Shown here: positions 40,018 to 49,034 of the stretch, piece by piece | Layout: every line of letters begins with the position of its first letter | Numbering within the stretch: position 1 is the stretch's first letter | Assembly (NCBI GenBank): GCA_037443365.1 | Contig: JBBIOM010000010.1 | Coordinates: forward strand, 1-54,574 | Direction of reading: 5' to 3' | DNA length: 54,574 nucleotides | Source of the DNA: Armatimonadota bacterium | GTDB taxonomy: Bacteria; Sysuimicrobiota; Sysuimicrobiia; Sysuimicrobiales; Humicultoraceae | Translations under genes and position numbers: made by a program | Notes under the pieces: model-generated | What the model saw: only the letters and a program-made list of their open reading frames with translations | What the model was told of the DNA's origin: nothing | Database searches by the model: none

Positions 40018-41393
40018 CGGGAGCGCGCCTCCAGCCTGCGCAGCAGGGCGTCGGCGGCATCGCCGATGTCGCCCGCCCCCAGCGTGAGCACGATCGCGCC
40101 TGGAGCGGCGATCTGCTCCAGCAAGTTCAGGGCCTCCTCCCTGCTCGCGGCGAACCGCACGGGCCGGCGCCGGGCAACCGCGTCCACCACGAGCCGAGCC
40201 GTGACGCCCGGCTCCGCCGGCTCGTCGGCCGGGTAGATCTCTGTCAACACCACCTCGTCCGCGGCGTCGAAAGCGCAGGCGAACTCGGCGTGCGTGGTGC
40301 GCGTGCGCGAGTACCGGTGCGGCTGGAACAGCGCGATCACGCGGCGGTCGGGCCACCCCTCGCGCGCCGCGCGAAGCACCGCGTCTATCTTCACGGGATT
40401 GTGCGCGTAGTCGTCCACGACAAGCACGCCGTCGGCCTCGCCGCGGATGGCGAAGCGTCGCGCCGGGCCACGGAAGCCCTCCAGCGCCTCCAGGACCGCG
40501 CCGATTGGGACGCCGATCTGCGCCGCGGCGGCGATCGCGCCCAGCGCGTTGCTGACGTTGTGCCTCCCGGGCACGCGTAGCACCAGCTCGCCGGAGGGCT
40601 CGTCCGCGATCCACAGGTCGGTTCGGGTCTCCTCCCCGCGCACGACGCGCACCTGGCCCCGGACCAGGGCGGCAGCATCGAATCCGTAGGTCGCAAGCGG
40701 CCGCCGCAGGCGTCGGCCCAGCGCGATCGCGCCGGCATGGTCCAGGCAGACCGCTATGAAGCCCTCCCCTGGAACCGCACCAAGGAACCGCTCGAATGTC
40801 TCCTCGAGGTGCCCGGGCGCGGCGTAGTGGTCGCGGTGGTCGGTTGAGTCCAGGCTTGTCAGCACCGCGGCGTCGGGCCGCACGTGCAGGAGCGATCCAT
40901 CGGACTCGTCCACCTCGGCCACGATCCAGGCGCCGTCCCCGGGGCGTGCGCCGCCCCCGTACTCCTCGACGTCGGCGCCGATCAGCCCGGTCGGATCGAG
41001 GCCCGCGTGCGCGAGCACGCGCACGAGCATCGCGGTCGTGGTCGTCTTGCCGTGTGTCCCGACCACCGCCACCCCGCGGCCCGACGCCATCACCTGCGCC
41101 AGCATCTCGGCGCGGTGCAGGACCGGCAGGCCTAGACCGTGCGCGGCGCGGATCTCCGGGTTGTCCTCGGTGATCGCCCTCGAGTAGACCACCGCGTCCG
41201 CGGCGGCCAGGTGATCGGGGCTGTGTCCGATGCGGATCTCCCCGCCGAGCGCGCGTATCCTCCTGAGGGCCTCGCAGTCGCGCAGATCGCACCCCGACAC
41301 CCGCACTCCCCGGTGCAGCAGCACCTCGGCCAGCGCGCTCATTCCCGCGCCTCCTATCCCCACGAGGTGCACCCGCATCAAGGGTGCTATCAT
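40014..41393 (-). CDS. murC: UDP-MurNAc-L-alanine ligase
   Basis: GIGGAGMS, GTHGKTTTT, EVDESD, DDYAH, FQPHRYSRT, GAGDI. Confidence 0.95.
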   Translation of the reverse strand: MIAPLMRVHLVGIGGAGMSALAEVLLHRGVRVSGCDLRDCEALRRIRALGGEIRIGHSPDHLAAADAVVYSRAITEDNPEIRAAHGLGLPVLHRAEMLAQVMASGRGVAVVGTHGKTTTTAMLVRVLAHAGLDPTGLIGADVEEYGGGARPGDGAWIVAEVDESDGSLLHVRPDAAVLTSLDSTDHRDHYAAPGHLEETFERFLGAVPGEGFIAVCLDHAGAIALGRRLRRPLATYGFDAAALVRGQVRVVRGEETRTDLWIADEPSGELVLRVPGRHNVSNALGAIAAAAQIGVPIGAVLEALEGFRGPARRFAIRGEADGVLVVDDYAHNPVKIDAVLRAAREGWPDRRVIALFQPHRYSRTRTTHAEFACAFDAADEVVLTEIYPADEPAEPGVTARLVVDAVARRRPVRFAASREEALNLLEQIAAPGAIVLTLGAGDIGDAADALLRRLEARSR

Positions 41394-42532
41394 GAGCGAC
41401 CCTCCTGCCCGCGCCTCGTCGGGCCGCTGCGCGAGGCCAGGCCGAGCACCAGATCAGCCACGGCGCCGGATGCGCCCGGGCGCCCCAGCGCGCGGCTGGC
41501 TTCGGCCATGCGTCCCCGCCGGGTGGGGTCGGCGATGATGGCTTGAACCGTCTCGACGAGCACCGTGCCCGCGAGGTCGGCATCGGACAAGCAGACCGCG
41601 GCGCCATCTCGCGCCAGGATCCGGGCGTTGTCTTCCTGGTGCGCCTCGGCGGCGCCGGGATAGGGAATCAAGATCGCCGGCAGTCCCCATGCAGTCAGTT
41701 CGGCCAAGGTTGCGGCGCCTGCCCGGCTGATGACCAGATCGGCGCAGGCATAGGCGTCGGCGATGTCGTCGAGAAACGCCACGGCGACGTGCCGCAGCGC
41801 GGGCGGACCTACGTGCTCGCGGTGCCCGATCTCGCGCCGGACCCAATGCAGGTGCTCAGGGCCGGTCTGGTGCAGGATCTGCAAACCGGCCTCGAACATG
41901 AGGAGATCGCCCATCCCGCATGTAGCCCGGTTCAGGCTCATCGCACCTAGGCTGCCGCCCAGCACCAACAGCGTGGTCCTGCCCGAATCGAGGCCCCACC
42001 TCTCCAGGCCCCTTCTGCGATCGCCCTGCACCGCGCGGCGACGGAGCGGTATGCCCGTCACCTCGGTGCGGCGTGCCCTCAAGTGCCCTGCGGCCTCGGG
42101 ATGCGGGATCGAGACCCACTCTGCCCAGCGCGCGATCAGGCGGGTCGCCAGACCCGGACGCAGGTTCTGCTCCTGCACTCCCAGGGGAACATGAAGCAGC
42201 GCCGCAGCGCAGCCCACGGGCACACAAACGTACCCGCCGGTGGCCACAACCGCGTCAGGCCGCCACCCGCGCAACAGCCGCAGCGCCTGGAACGTGCCAC
42301 GCGCGGTGGTCGCCAGCGACCAGGCCGCGGCCAGCCCCAGGCGGCGCGGCAAGCCCCGGGCCCGCACCTGCGCAAACGCCCATCCCTCCTCCGGCACGAC
42401 GCGCGCCTCGATGCGGTCGCCGCCCACGAACAGGATCTCTGCATCGGGCCGCCGCTCACGGAGCGCCTCGGCGATCGCCAGGGCTGGAAAGAGATGGCCG
42501 CCGGTGCCGCCTCCGGTGATGACGATCCTCAC
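41390..42532 (-). CDS. murG: Lipid II GlcNAc transferase
   Basis: GGGTGGH, TGGYV, EQN, GGSLGA, RAGAAT, HQ..NA. Confidence 0.95.
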   Translation of the reverse strand: MRIVITGGGTGGHLFPALAIAEALRERRPDAEILFVGGDRIEARVVPEEGWAFAQVRARGLPRRLGLAAAWSLATTARGTFQALRLLRGWRPDAVVATGGYVCVPVGCAAALLHVPLGVQEQNLRPGLATRLIARWAEWVSIPHPEAAGHLRARRTEVTGIPLRRRAVQGDRRRGLERWGLDSGRTTLLVLGGSLGAMSLNRATCGMGDLLMFEAGLQILHQTGPEHLHWVRREIGHREHVGPPALRHVAVAFLDDIADAYACADLVISRAGAATLAELTAWGLPAILIPYPGAAEAHQEDNARILARDGAAVCLSDADLAGTVLVETVQAIIADPTRRGRMAEASRALGRPGASGAVADLVLGLASRSGPTRRGQEGRS

Positions 42533-43653
42533 GTCCCTTCCCCTGTCGCGTACTGCGAGATGTTGAGCAAGATCCCGACCTGGATCATGGTCATCACCAG
42601 CGACGAGCCCCCGAAACTGACGAGCGGCAGCGGCACGCCCTTGACGGGCAGCAACCCTGTTGCAACGCCCATGTTCACGAGGGCCTGGCCCACGATGGCG
42701 GCGGTGAGCCCGGCGGCCAGGAGCGAGCCGAACCGATCGGGCGCCGCCCTGCTGATGCGGTAGCCGCGGTACGCCAGGAATGCGAAGAGAAGCAGCAGGC
42801 TCATCGTCCCCAACAGGCCCGTTTCCTCTCCCACAATGGCGTATATGAAATCGGTGTGCCGCTCAGGCAGATAGAAGAACTTCTGACGGCTCTCCCCAAG
42901 GCCGACCCCGAGGAGGCCTCCGGATCCAAACGCCAGCAGCGACTGGATGATGTGAAACCCGCTTCCCTGCGGATCGCTCCAGGGATCCAGGAAGGCCGAG
43001 AAGCGCCGCAGCCTGTACGGCGCCGTGGCCGCGGCCAGGACCACGGCCGGAAGCGCGGCGAGAGCCGCCAGTCCGAGGTGCGCGATACGGGCGCCGGCCA
43101 GAAACAGCACGGTCAGCGTGATCAGGCCCAGCACAACCGCAGATCCCATGTCGGGCTGCAGAAGGACGAGGCCCGCGAGAATCCCGGTCGTGACAAGCGG
43201 GGGCACCACGCCCAGACGCAGGTTGCGCACCTCGGCGCCGCGCCGAACCGCGAACTGCGCAACGAACAGCGGCAGCGCCAGCTTGGCTACCTCAACGGGC
43301 TGGAAACCGAAAGGCCCCAGGGCGATCCATCGCCGGGCGCCGCCTGCGACCCTGCCGATGCCGGGCACGAGCACCGCGACGAGCAGGACCAGGGTGACGA
43401 GCAACAGCGGCACGGCGTACGCGCGCAGCCGCCGGTAGTGGACGCTCTGAGCGATCCACATTGCCAGCAGGCCCAGCGTGATCCAGATCGCCTGCCGGCG
43501 GAGGAAGTAGGCGCTGTCAGCGAGGCGGTCCATCGCGACGATGCTGCTCGCGCTGTACACCATGACCAGCCCTACCCCCAGCAGCGCCAGCACGGCGACG
43601 AACAGGAGCAGATCGCCGGACCGGCGGTGCAGCGCGGGCGGGTGCGCGCTCAC
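42529..43653 (-). CDS. ftsW: SEDS peptidoglycan polymerase FtsW
   Basis: MVYSAS, GARRW, QP.E.AK, QPD.G, LPERHTDFI, SFGGSS. Confidence 0.95.
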   Translation of the reverse strand: MSAHPPALHRRSGDLLLFVAVLALLGVGLVMVYSASSIVAMDRLADSAYFLRRQAIWITLGLLAMWIAQSVHYRRLRAYAVPLLLVTLVLLVAVLVPGIGRVAGGARRWIALGPFGFQPVEVAKLALPLFVAQFAVRRGAEVRNLRLGVVPPLVTTGILAGLVLLQPDMGSAVVLGLITLTVLFLAGARIAHLGLAALAALPAVVLAAATAPYRLRRFSAFLDPWSDPQGSGFHIIQSLLAFGSGGLLGVGLGESRQKFFYLPERHTDFIYAIVGEETGLLGTMSLLLLFAFLAYRGYRISRAAPDRFGSLLAAGLTAAIVGQALVNMGVATGLLPVKGVPLPLVSFGGSSLVMTMIQVGILLNISQYATGEGT

Positions 43654-45149
43654 GCCCGCCCCTCGCCCGCAGCGCGCGCGGGCAGCGTTTCAACCAGCCG
43701 GCAGAACCGATCGCCGCGCTGCCGGTAGTCGTCGAACTGGTCGAAGCTCTCGCACCCTGGGGACAGCAGTACGGCTTCTCCGGACGCCGCGGCGTCCCAG
43801 GCCGACGCGATGGCGGCCTCCAGGGTCCCTGCATGCGCGATGCGCGGGGGCGCGGGCATCCCGCTGATCGCATCGGCCAGGACACCCGCGGTCGCACCGA
43901 TCAGGTAGACCGCCCTGACGGGCGCGCCCTCCAGCGCGCGCAACATGGGCCGGAAGTCGTCCGCGCGGGCGTTGGCCCTGTGCCCGCCGGCAATGAGGTG
44001 AAACGGCCTGTCCATGCTCCCTATGGCCGCGGCCGCGGCCGCGGGGTTCGTCGCCAGCGAGTCCTCGTAGAACGCGACGCCCTCGCGCTCCCCGACCAGG
44101 CGGAACCGGTAGGGCAGGCCGCGGAACGCGCGCAGCGCCCGGGCAATCGCCCCGGGCTCGACCCCAACGACCTCGGCCGCGGCTGCGGCCGCCAGGGCGT
44201 TCTCCCGCGTGTGGGCGCCGGGGACGGCGAGATCGCTCACCTCCAGCACCGGGCGCGGAGGCGTGCCGGCCAGCACGATCCAACCGGCGTCGAGATACGC
44301 GCCGGATGCGACGGGCCGGCGCCGGCTGAACCATCGCACCGAGGACGCCGTGCCCTCGGCCATGCGCGTCACGTGGGGATCGTCGGCATTGAGTACCGCA
44401 ACATCCCCCGGACCCTGGTGTCGAACGACGGTGCGCTTCGCCTCAACGTAGGCGTCCAGCGATCCGTGGTCGTCGAGGTGATGCGGCGCTATGTTTGTCA
44501 CCACGGCCACGTGCGGGCTGTAGGGCAGGCCCAAGAGCTGGCGGTTGCTGATCTCCAGCACCAGCCAGGTCGCGGCGTGCGCTCGCTCGAGGGCGCGCGT
44601 CGCGGGCACGTGTGTCCGGTCATTCCCCGATACCACGTGGGGGAGCCCGGCGGCCTCCATCATGGCGGCGATCAGCGTGACGACCGTGAACTTCCCGTTT
44701 GTGCCGGTAACGCCCAAGATCGGCCCGGGCCACAGCTCGAAGAACAGGTGCGTAAGGCTTGAGAGACGCGCGCCGCGCGCAGCCGCTCGGCGCACGCGCT
44801 CGTTCTCGGGATGCCGGAACCACGATTGGGGAACGAAGATGATCTGGGCGTCCTCGATCCCCTCAAGGTATCGTTCGCCCTGCCGCCAGGCGATGGGCGC
44901 ATCCCGCAGCCGGGCAGCCAGCCGGTCCTGCCCCCCTGGATCCAGCCAGCAGTGCGTGCGCCGCAGGGTCTCCTCGAAGCGATCCGGCGGCCCCAGGTCG
45001 TGCACCGTGAAGTCGCGAAGCCCCCAGTCCAGGAGGAACTCGGTGACGGCGGAGCCCTCGGTGCCCGACGGTCCCAGGACGTGGATCTGCCTGCCCCGGA
45101 GCTGTTCCAGGACGGCGCCGGTCCGCGCGGGCGGTTCCGCTGGCATCAT
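43650..45149 (-). CDS. murD: UDP-MurNAc-L-Ala--glutamate ligase (divergent MurD)
   Basis: GVTGTNGK, Y..AK, DS.ATN, LLSPGCESFDQF..Y..RG; lies between mraY and ftsW. Start overlaps the mraY stop. Confidence 0.85.
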   Translation of the reverse strand: MMPAEPPARTGAVLEQLRGRQIHVLGPSGTEGSAVTEFLLDWGLRDFTVHDLGPPDRFEETLRRTHCWLDPGGQDRLAARLRDAPIAWRQGERYLEGIEDAQIIFVPQSWFRHPENERVRRAAARGARLSSLTHLFFELWPGPILGVTGTNGKFTVVTLIAAMMEAAGLPHVVSGNDRTHVPATRALERAHAATWLVLEISNRQLLGLPYSPHVAVVTNIAPHHLDDHGSLDAYVEAKRTVVRHQGPGDVAVLNADDPHVTRMAEGTASSVRWFSRRRPVASGAYLDAGWIVLAGTPPRPVLEVSDLAVPGAHTRENALAAAAAAEVVGVEPGAIARALRAFRGLPYRFRLVGEREGVAFYEDSLATNPAAAAAAIGSMDRPFHLIAGGHRANARADDFRPMLRALEGAPVRAVYLIGATAGVLADAISGMPAPPRIAHAGTLEAAIASAWDAAASGEAVLLSPGCESFDQFDDYRQRGDRFCRLVETLPARAAGEGRA

Positions 45150-46126
45150 CCGGCGACCAGCAGGCCGAGGGCGAGACAGATCCAACCGGCCAGGTAGAAG
45201 CGGCGCACGATGGTCGGCTCCGGCCAGCCCACGAGCTCGAAGTGATGGTGCAGGGGGCTCATGCGGAAGATGCGCCGGCCGCCCGTGATCTTGAAGTACG
45301 CGACCTGAAGCAACACCGAGGCGGCCTCGGCCACGAACACGCCGCCTATGAACAGGAGCGCGATCTCGGACTTGGTGATGATGGCAATTGCGGCCAGCGC
45401 TCCGCCCAGGGCGTTGCTCCCGACGTCGCCCATGAACACCCGCGCCGGATAGGCGTTGAACCTCAGGAAACCGGCGCAGGCCCCGGCCACGGCAGCGGCC
45501 AGCACCGCGGCAGAGGGCAGCAGCGCGGTCAGCGCCACCACGACGCAGCCGAACGCGGCCACGGCCACCAGCCCCGCGGCCAGGCCGTCCAGGCCGTCGG
45601 CGAGGTTGACCGCGTTGGCAAACCCGACGTAGAGCAGCGCCGCGAAGATCACGTATCCCCATCCCAGGTCGAGCGGGCCCACTCCGGGGATTGCGATCAC
45701 GGTTCCGAGCCAGGGCTGCCGGGCGGCCAGGTATCCCAGGGCCAGACCCAGGATGATCTGCATGCCCAGGCGCTCGCGCGCGCGAAACCCGAGGTTGCGA
45801 CCGTGCTGGATGGCCAGGAGATCGTCCAGCAGCCCCACGGCGCCGAAGGCGCCCGTCACGGCCAACCCAAACAGCACGCGGCGGTCGAAGCCGGCTGCAA
45901 TCAGCGCAGAGGCGGCGATGGCGAACAGCAGCAGCAGCCCGCCCATGGTCGGGGTCCCGGTCTTGGCCTGGTGCCGGGCCGGGGCGTCCTCGCGGATGCG
46001 CTGACGCTGGCCCAACGCGGCGAGCGCGGCTATCGTGCGGGGGCCCGCGAGCACGACGATGCCTGCCGCCAGGGCGCCTGCGACGACCGCCTGGATCAGG
46101 CCCGGAATCGCAACGATCTCGTTCAT
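45146..46126 (-). CDS. mraY: Phospho-MurNAc-pentapeptide transferase
   Basis: KTGTPTMGG, DD, NAVNLADGLDGLA, FMGDVGS, PLHHHFE. Confidence 0.96.
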   Translation of the reverse strand: MNEIVAIPGLIQAVVAGALAAGIVVLAGPRTIAALAALGQRQRIREDAPARHQAKTGTPTMGGLLLLFAIAASALIAAGFDRRVLFGLAVTGAFGAVGLLDDLLAIQHGRNLGFRARERLGMQIILGLALGYLAARQPWLGTVIAIPGVGPLDLGWGYVIFAALLYVGFANAVNLADGLDGLAAGLVAVAAFGCVVVALTALLPSAAVLAAAVAGACAGFLRFNAYPARVFMGDVGSNALGGALAAIAIITKSEIALLFIGGVFVAEAASVLLQVAYFKITGGRRIFRMSPLHHHFELVGWPEPTIVRRFYLAGWICLALGLLVAG

Positions 46127-47514
46127 CGGGATTCCACCTCCACGCCGGCCCGCAGGCCGTCCAGGACTCGCTCCATCTCAATCCCACGCGAACCCTTGAT
46201 CAGCACCACGTCGCCCGGCCGCACCGCCTGTAGGAGCAGCGGGATCGCCTCCGCCGCGGTCTCTGCCCAGGCGCCGGCGCCCGGTGCCAGACCTGCCTCT
46301 GCCGCTCCCTCCAGATACCAGCGCGCGTTGGGTCCTACGGCGAGCAGCAGCGCTAGCCCAAGATCAGCCGCCTGCCTTCCCACCTCGCGGTGGAACTCCG
46401 GCGAGTCGGGTCCGAGCTCGAGCATCTCTCCCAGGGCGAGCACGCGCCGCCGCGCCTGCCCCGCGAGGACGACCACATCGAAGGCGGCCCGCATCGACTG
46501 CGGGCTGGCGTTGTAGGTGTCGTTCACAACGAGCATCTCGCCCAGGAGGATGATCTCCTGCCGCATCTTGGCCTGGCGCGCGCCCGCCAGCCCTCGGGCG
46601 ATCTCGCGCACGTCCAGCCCGAACGCGTGTCCTACGGCCGCCGCGACCAGGGCGTTGCGCACCTGGTGGACGCCCGCGAGCGGCAGGGCCACGTCGGACC
46701 GCTGCCCGCGCACGTCGAGCGTGAAGAAGCAGCCTTCCGGAGCGCACCTTGTCTCGACGGCGCGCACGTCCGCCTCTGCGGCGAACCCGAACCGTAGGAT
46801 GGGGCATCTTGTGAACTGAACCAGCCGCGCGGTCAGAACCTCGTCGGCGTTCACGATCGCAACCCCGTCCGGCGGCAGACCCTCCAGGAGTTCGGCCTTG
46901 GCCGCGGCGATGTTCTCTCGCGTCCCGAGCAGCTCGAGGTGGGCGTCGCCTATCGTGGTGACCGCGCCGACCTGGGGGAGCGCCATGCCGACGAGGTCCC
47001 TGATCTGTCCCGGGCCGCGCATCGCCATCTCGACGACCGCTACCTCCACTCTCCTGTCCAGACTCAGCAGCGAGAGGGCCAGGCCCAGCTCCGCGTTCCA
47101 CGACTCGGCGGAACGCGCCACGTTGAAGCGCGCGCCCAGGACCTGTGCGCACAGGCCTACCGTCGTGGTCTTGCCCACGCTGCCGGTGATGCCGACTACC
47201 TTCGCGGGCAGCGTCCGCCGGTACAGCGCGGCGATCGCACCGAGCGCGCGCAGCGTATCCTCCACGACCAGCGCCGGTATGGGTGCTTCCGGCGCGCTCG
47301 CCACGACGCAGAGCGCGGCGCCCCGCGCCACCGCGTCCTGCACGAACGCGTGCCCGTCGGCGCGCGGGCCCCGAAGCGCTACGAAGAGGTGCCCGGGGGC
47401 CGCGGCGCGGCTGTCGGTCGTCACGCCGCTTGCCACCGTGGGGGCCGACGCCCCGGGCGGCAGGATCAGGCGACCTCCGGTCGCCGACACGATGTCGCTA
47501 ACGGCCAGACGCAC
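46123..47514 (-). CDS. murF: UDP-MurNAc-tripeptide--D-Ala-D-Ala ligase
   Basis: GITGSVGKTT, AHLE, NDTYNASP.SM, GEMLELG, KGSRG..ME. Confidence 0.95.
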   Translation of the reverse strand: MRLAVSDIVSATGGRLILPPGASAPTVASGVTTDSRAAAPGHLFVALRGPRADGHAFVQDAVARGAALCVVASAPEAPIPALVVEDTLRALGAIAALYRRTLPAKVVGITGSVGKTTTVGLCAQVLGARFNVARSAESWNAELGLALSLLSLDRRVEVAVVEMAMRGPGQIRDLVGMALPQVGAVTTIGDAHLELLGTRENIAAAKAELLEGLPPDGVAIVNADEVLTARLVQFTRCPILRFGFAAEADVRAVETRCAPEGCFFTLDVRGQRSDVALPLAGVHQVRNALVAAAVGHAFGLDVREIARGLAGARQAKMRQEIILLGEMLVVNDTYNASPQSMRAAFDVVVLAGQARRRVLALGEMLELGPDSPEFHREVGRQAADLGLALLLAVGPNARWYLEGAAEAGLAPGAGAWAETAAEAIPLLLQAVRPGDVVLIKGSRGIEMERVLDGLRAGVEVESR

Positions 47515-48970
47515 CCAAGACCTCCCGTACGACCTCGCGGTCGTCGAACGGGTGCTTCACGCCTGCGATCTCCTGGTAGGTCTCGTGGCCCTTGCCGGCA
47601 ATCAGAACGAGATCGCCCGGGCGCGCCTCGGCCACGGCCGCGGCTATCGCGCGGCGCCGGTCGGGCTCGATCTGCACGCGCACGCCCCGCGCCGCGGCCC
47701 CGGACTCGGCGCCCGGCCGTATCTCCTCGATTATCGCCCCTGGATCCTCGGTGCGCGGGTTGTCGGATGTCACGATCACGTGATCGGCCCAACCCGCCGC
47801 GATGCCACCCATGACCGGCCGCTTGGTGCGGTCGCGATCCCCGCCGCACCCGAAGACCACGATCAGGCGACCGTCGGTCACCTCGCGGGCCGTGCGCAGC
47901 ACGTTGTCCAGCCCGTCGGGCGTGTGCGCGTAGTCCACGATCACCGCGAAGGGCTGTCCCTCCTCGACGCTCTCAAAGCGCCCGGGGATGCCGGGCATGG
48001 CGGCCAGGGCCTCGGCCATCACGGGCAGAGGGAGTTCCTGCGTGATTCCTGTGGCCAGAGCCGCGAGCGCGTTTGCGACGTTGAAGGCGCCGGCCAGTCG
48101 CAATTCCACGGGAACGCTTCCCGCGGGCGTCTCGGCGACGAACGACGACCCGCGCAGGTGCAGCCTCAGGTCGCGTCCGCGCACGTCGGCGGGCGCGCGC
48201 ACGCCGTAGGTCAGCGCTCTTGCCGGGCTGACCGATGCCATGATGCGCGACGCCGGATCGTCGGCGTTGAGGACTGCCCACCCGTCGCCCGGCAGCATCG
48301 CGAACAGCCGCGCCTTGGCCGCGCGGTAGGCCTCCATGCTTCCGTGGAAGTCGAGGTGGTCCCGGGTGAGGTTGGTGAACACGCCCACTGCAAACAGGCA
48401 CCCGGCGACCCGCTCCTGCGCAAGCGCGTGGGAGGCGACCTCCACCGCGGCGTACGCGTGACCGGCCTCCGCCATGATCCGCAGCGCCCGTTGAAGGTCG
48501 GGGGCCTCGGGCGTCGTGCGCGCCGACGGCAACACGCGTCCATCTACGACGATCCCCATCGTCCCGATGATGCCGCACGCCCGCCCCGCGCCGCGCAGGA
48601 CCGCTTCTATCAGATAGGTGGTAGCGCCCTTTCCGTTTGTTCCGGTGACGCCGATCACACACAGGCGCCGCGACGGGTGCCCGTGGTAGGCGGCGCTGAT
48701 CTGCGCGAGCGCGCGGCGCGTGTCGGAGACCCTCACCACCGCAACGTCAGGCGGGAGGGCGACCTCGCGGTCAACGACGACCGCCGCCGCGCCGCGCGCG
48801 ACGGCCTCGCCAATGAAGGCGTGCCCGTCGTGGACCGCGCCGCGCAGCGCAGCAAACACAAACCCGGGACCAGTCTCCCGGGAGTCGTAAGCGAGCCCGC
48901 GAATCTCCACGCCGGGGTCGCCCACCACCGACGGCGCGTCGAGCTCCGTCAGCAGCGCGCGCAGATGCAT
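47498..48970 (-). CDS. murE: UDP-MurNAc-dipeptide--meso-diaminopimelate ligase
   Basis: GTNGK, TTPE, DHLDFH, DYAHTPD, DNPR (the mDAP-type motif), GKGHE. Confidence 0.95.
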   Translation of the reverse strand: MHLRALLTELDAPSVVGDPGVEIRGLAYDSRETGPGFVFAALRGAVHDGHAFIGEAVARGAAAVVVDREVALPPDVAVVRVSDTRRALAQISAAYHGHPSRRLCVIGVTGTNGKGATTYLIEAVLRGAGRACGIIGTMGIVVDGRVLPSARTTPEAPDLQRALRIMAEAGHAYAAVEVASHALAQERVAGCLFAVGVFTNLTRDHLDFHGSMEAYRAAKARLFAMLPGDGWAVLNADDPASRIMASVSPARALTYGVRAPADVRGRDLRLHLRGSSFVAETPAGSVPVELRLAGAFNVANALAALATGITQELPLPVMAEALAAMPGIPGRFESVEEGQPFAVIVDYAHTPDGLDNVLRTAREVTDGRLIVVFGCGGDRDRTKRPVMGGIAAGWADHVIVTSDNPRTEDPGAIIEEIRPGAESGAAARGVRVQIEPDRRRAIAAAVAEARPGDLVLIAGKGHETYQEIAGVKHPFDDREVVREVLGASGR

Positions 48971-48997
48971 TCACCCACCTCCGCTGAATCCCGGCTC

Positions 48998-49006
48998 ATT
49001 ATAGCA
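48998..49006 (-). promoter_or_regulatory. Internal extended -10 promoter upstream of murE
   Basis: TGcTATAAT followed by GGAGGT SD. Confidence 0.65.
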
Positions 49007-49034
49007 GGCGCCCGCCCTCTGCACGCCGCGGCGG

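Noticed and set aside
39097-41607. 836-aa ORF suggesting a MurB fusion
   Set aside because: The N-terminal 530 aa are an alternate frame over murC and murG; real murB starts at 40017.
43650-46187. 845-aa ORF suggesting an extended MurD
   Set aside because: The extension is an off-frame reading of mraY; MurD homology starts at 45149.
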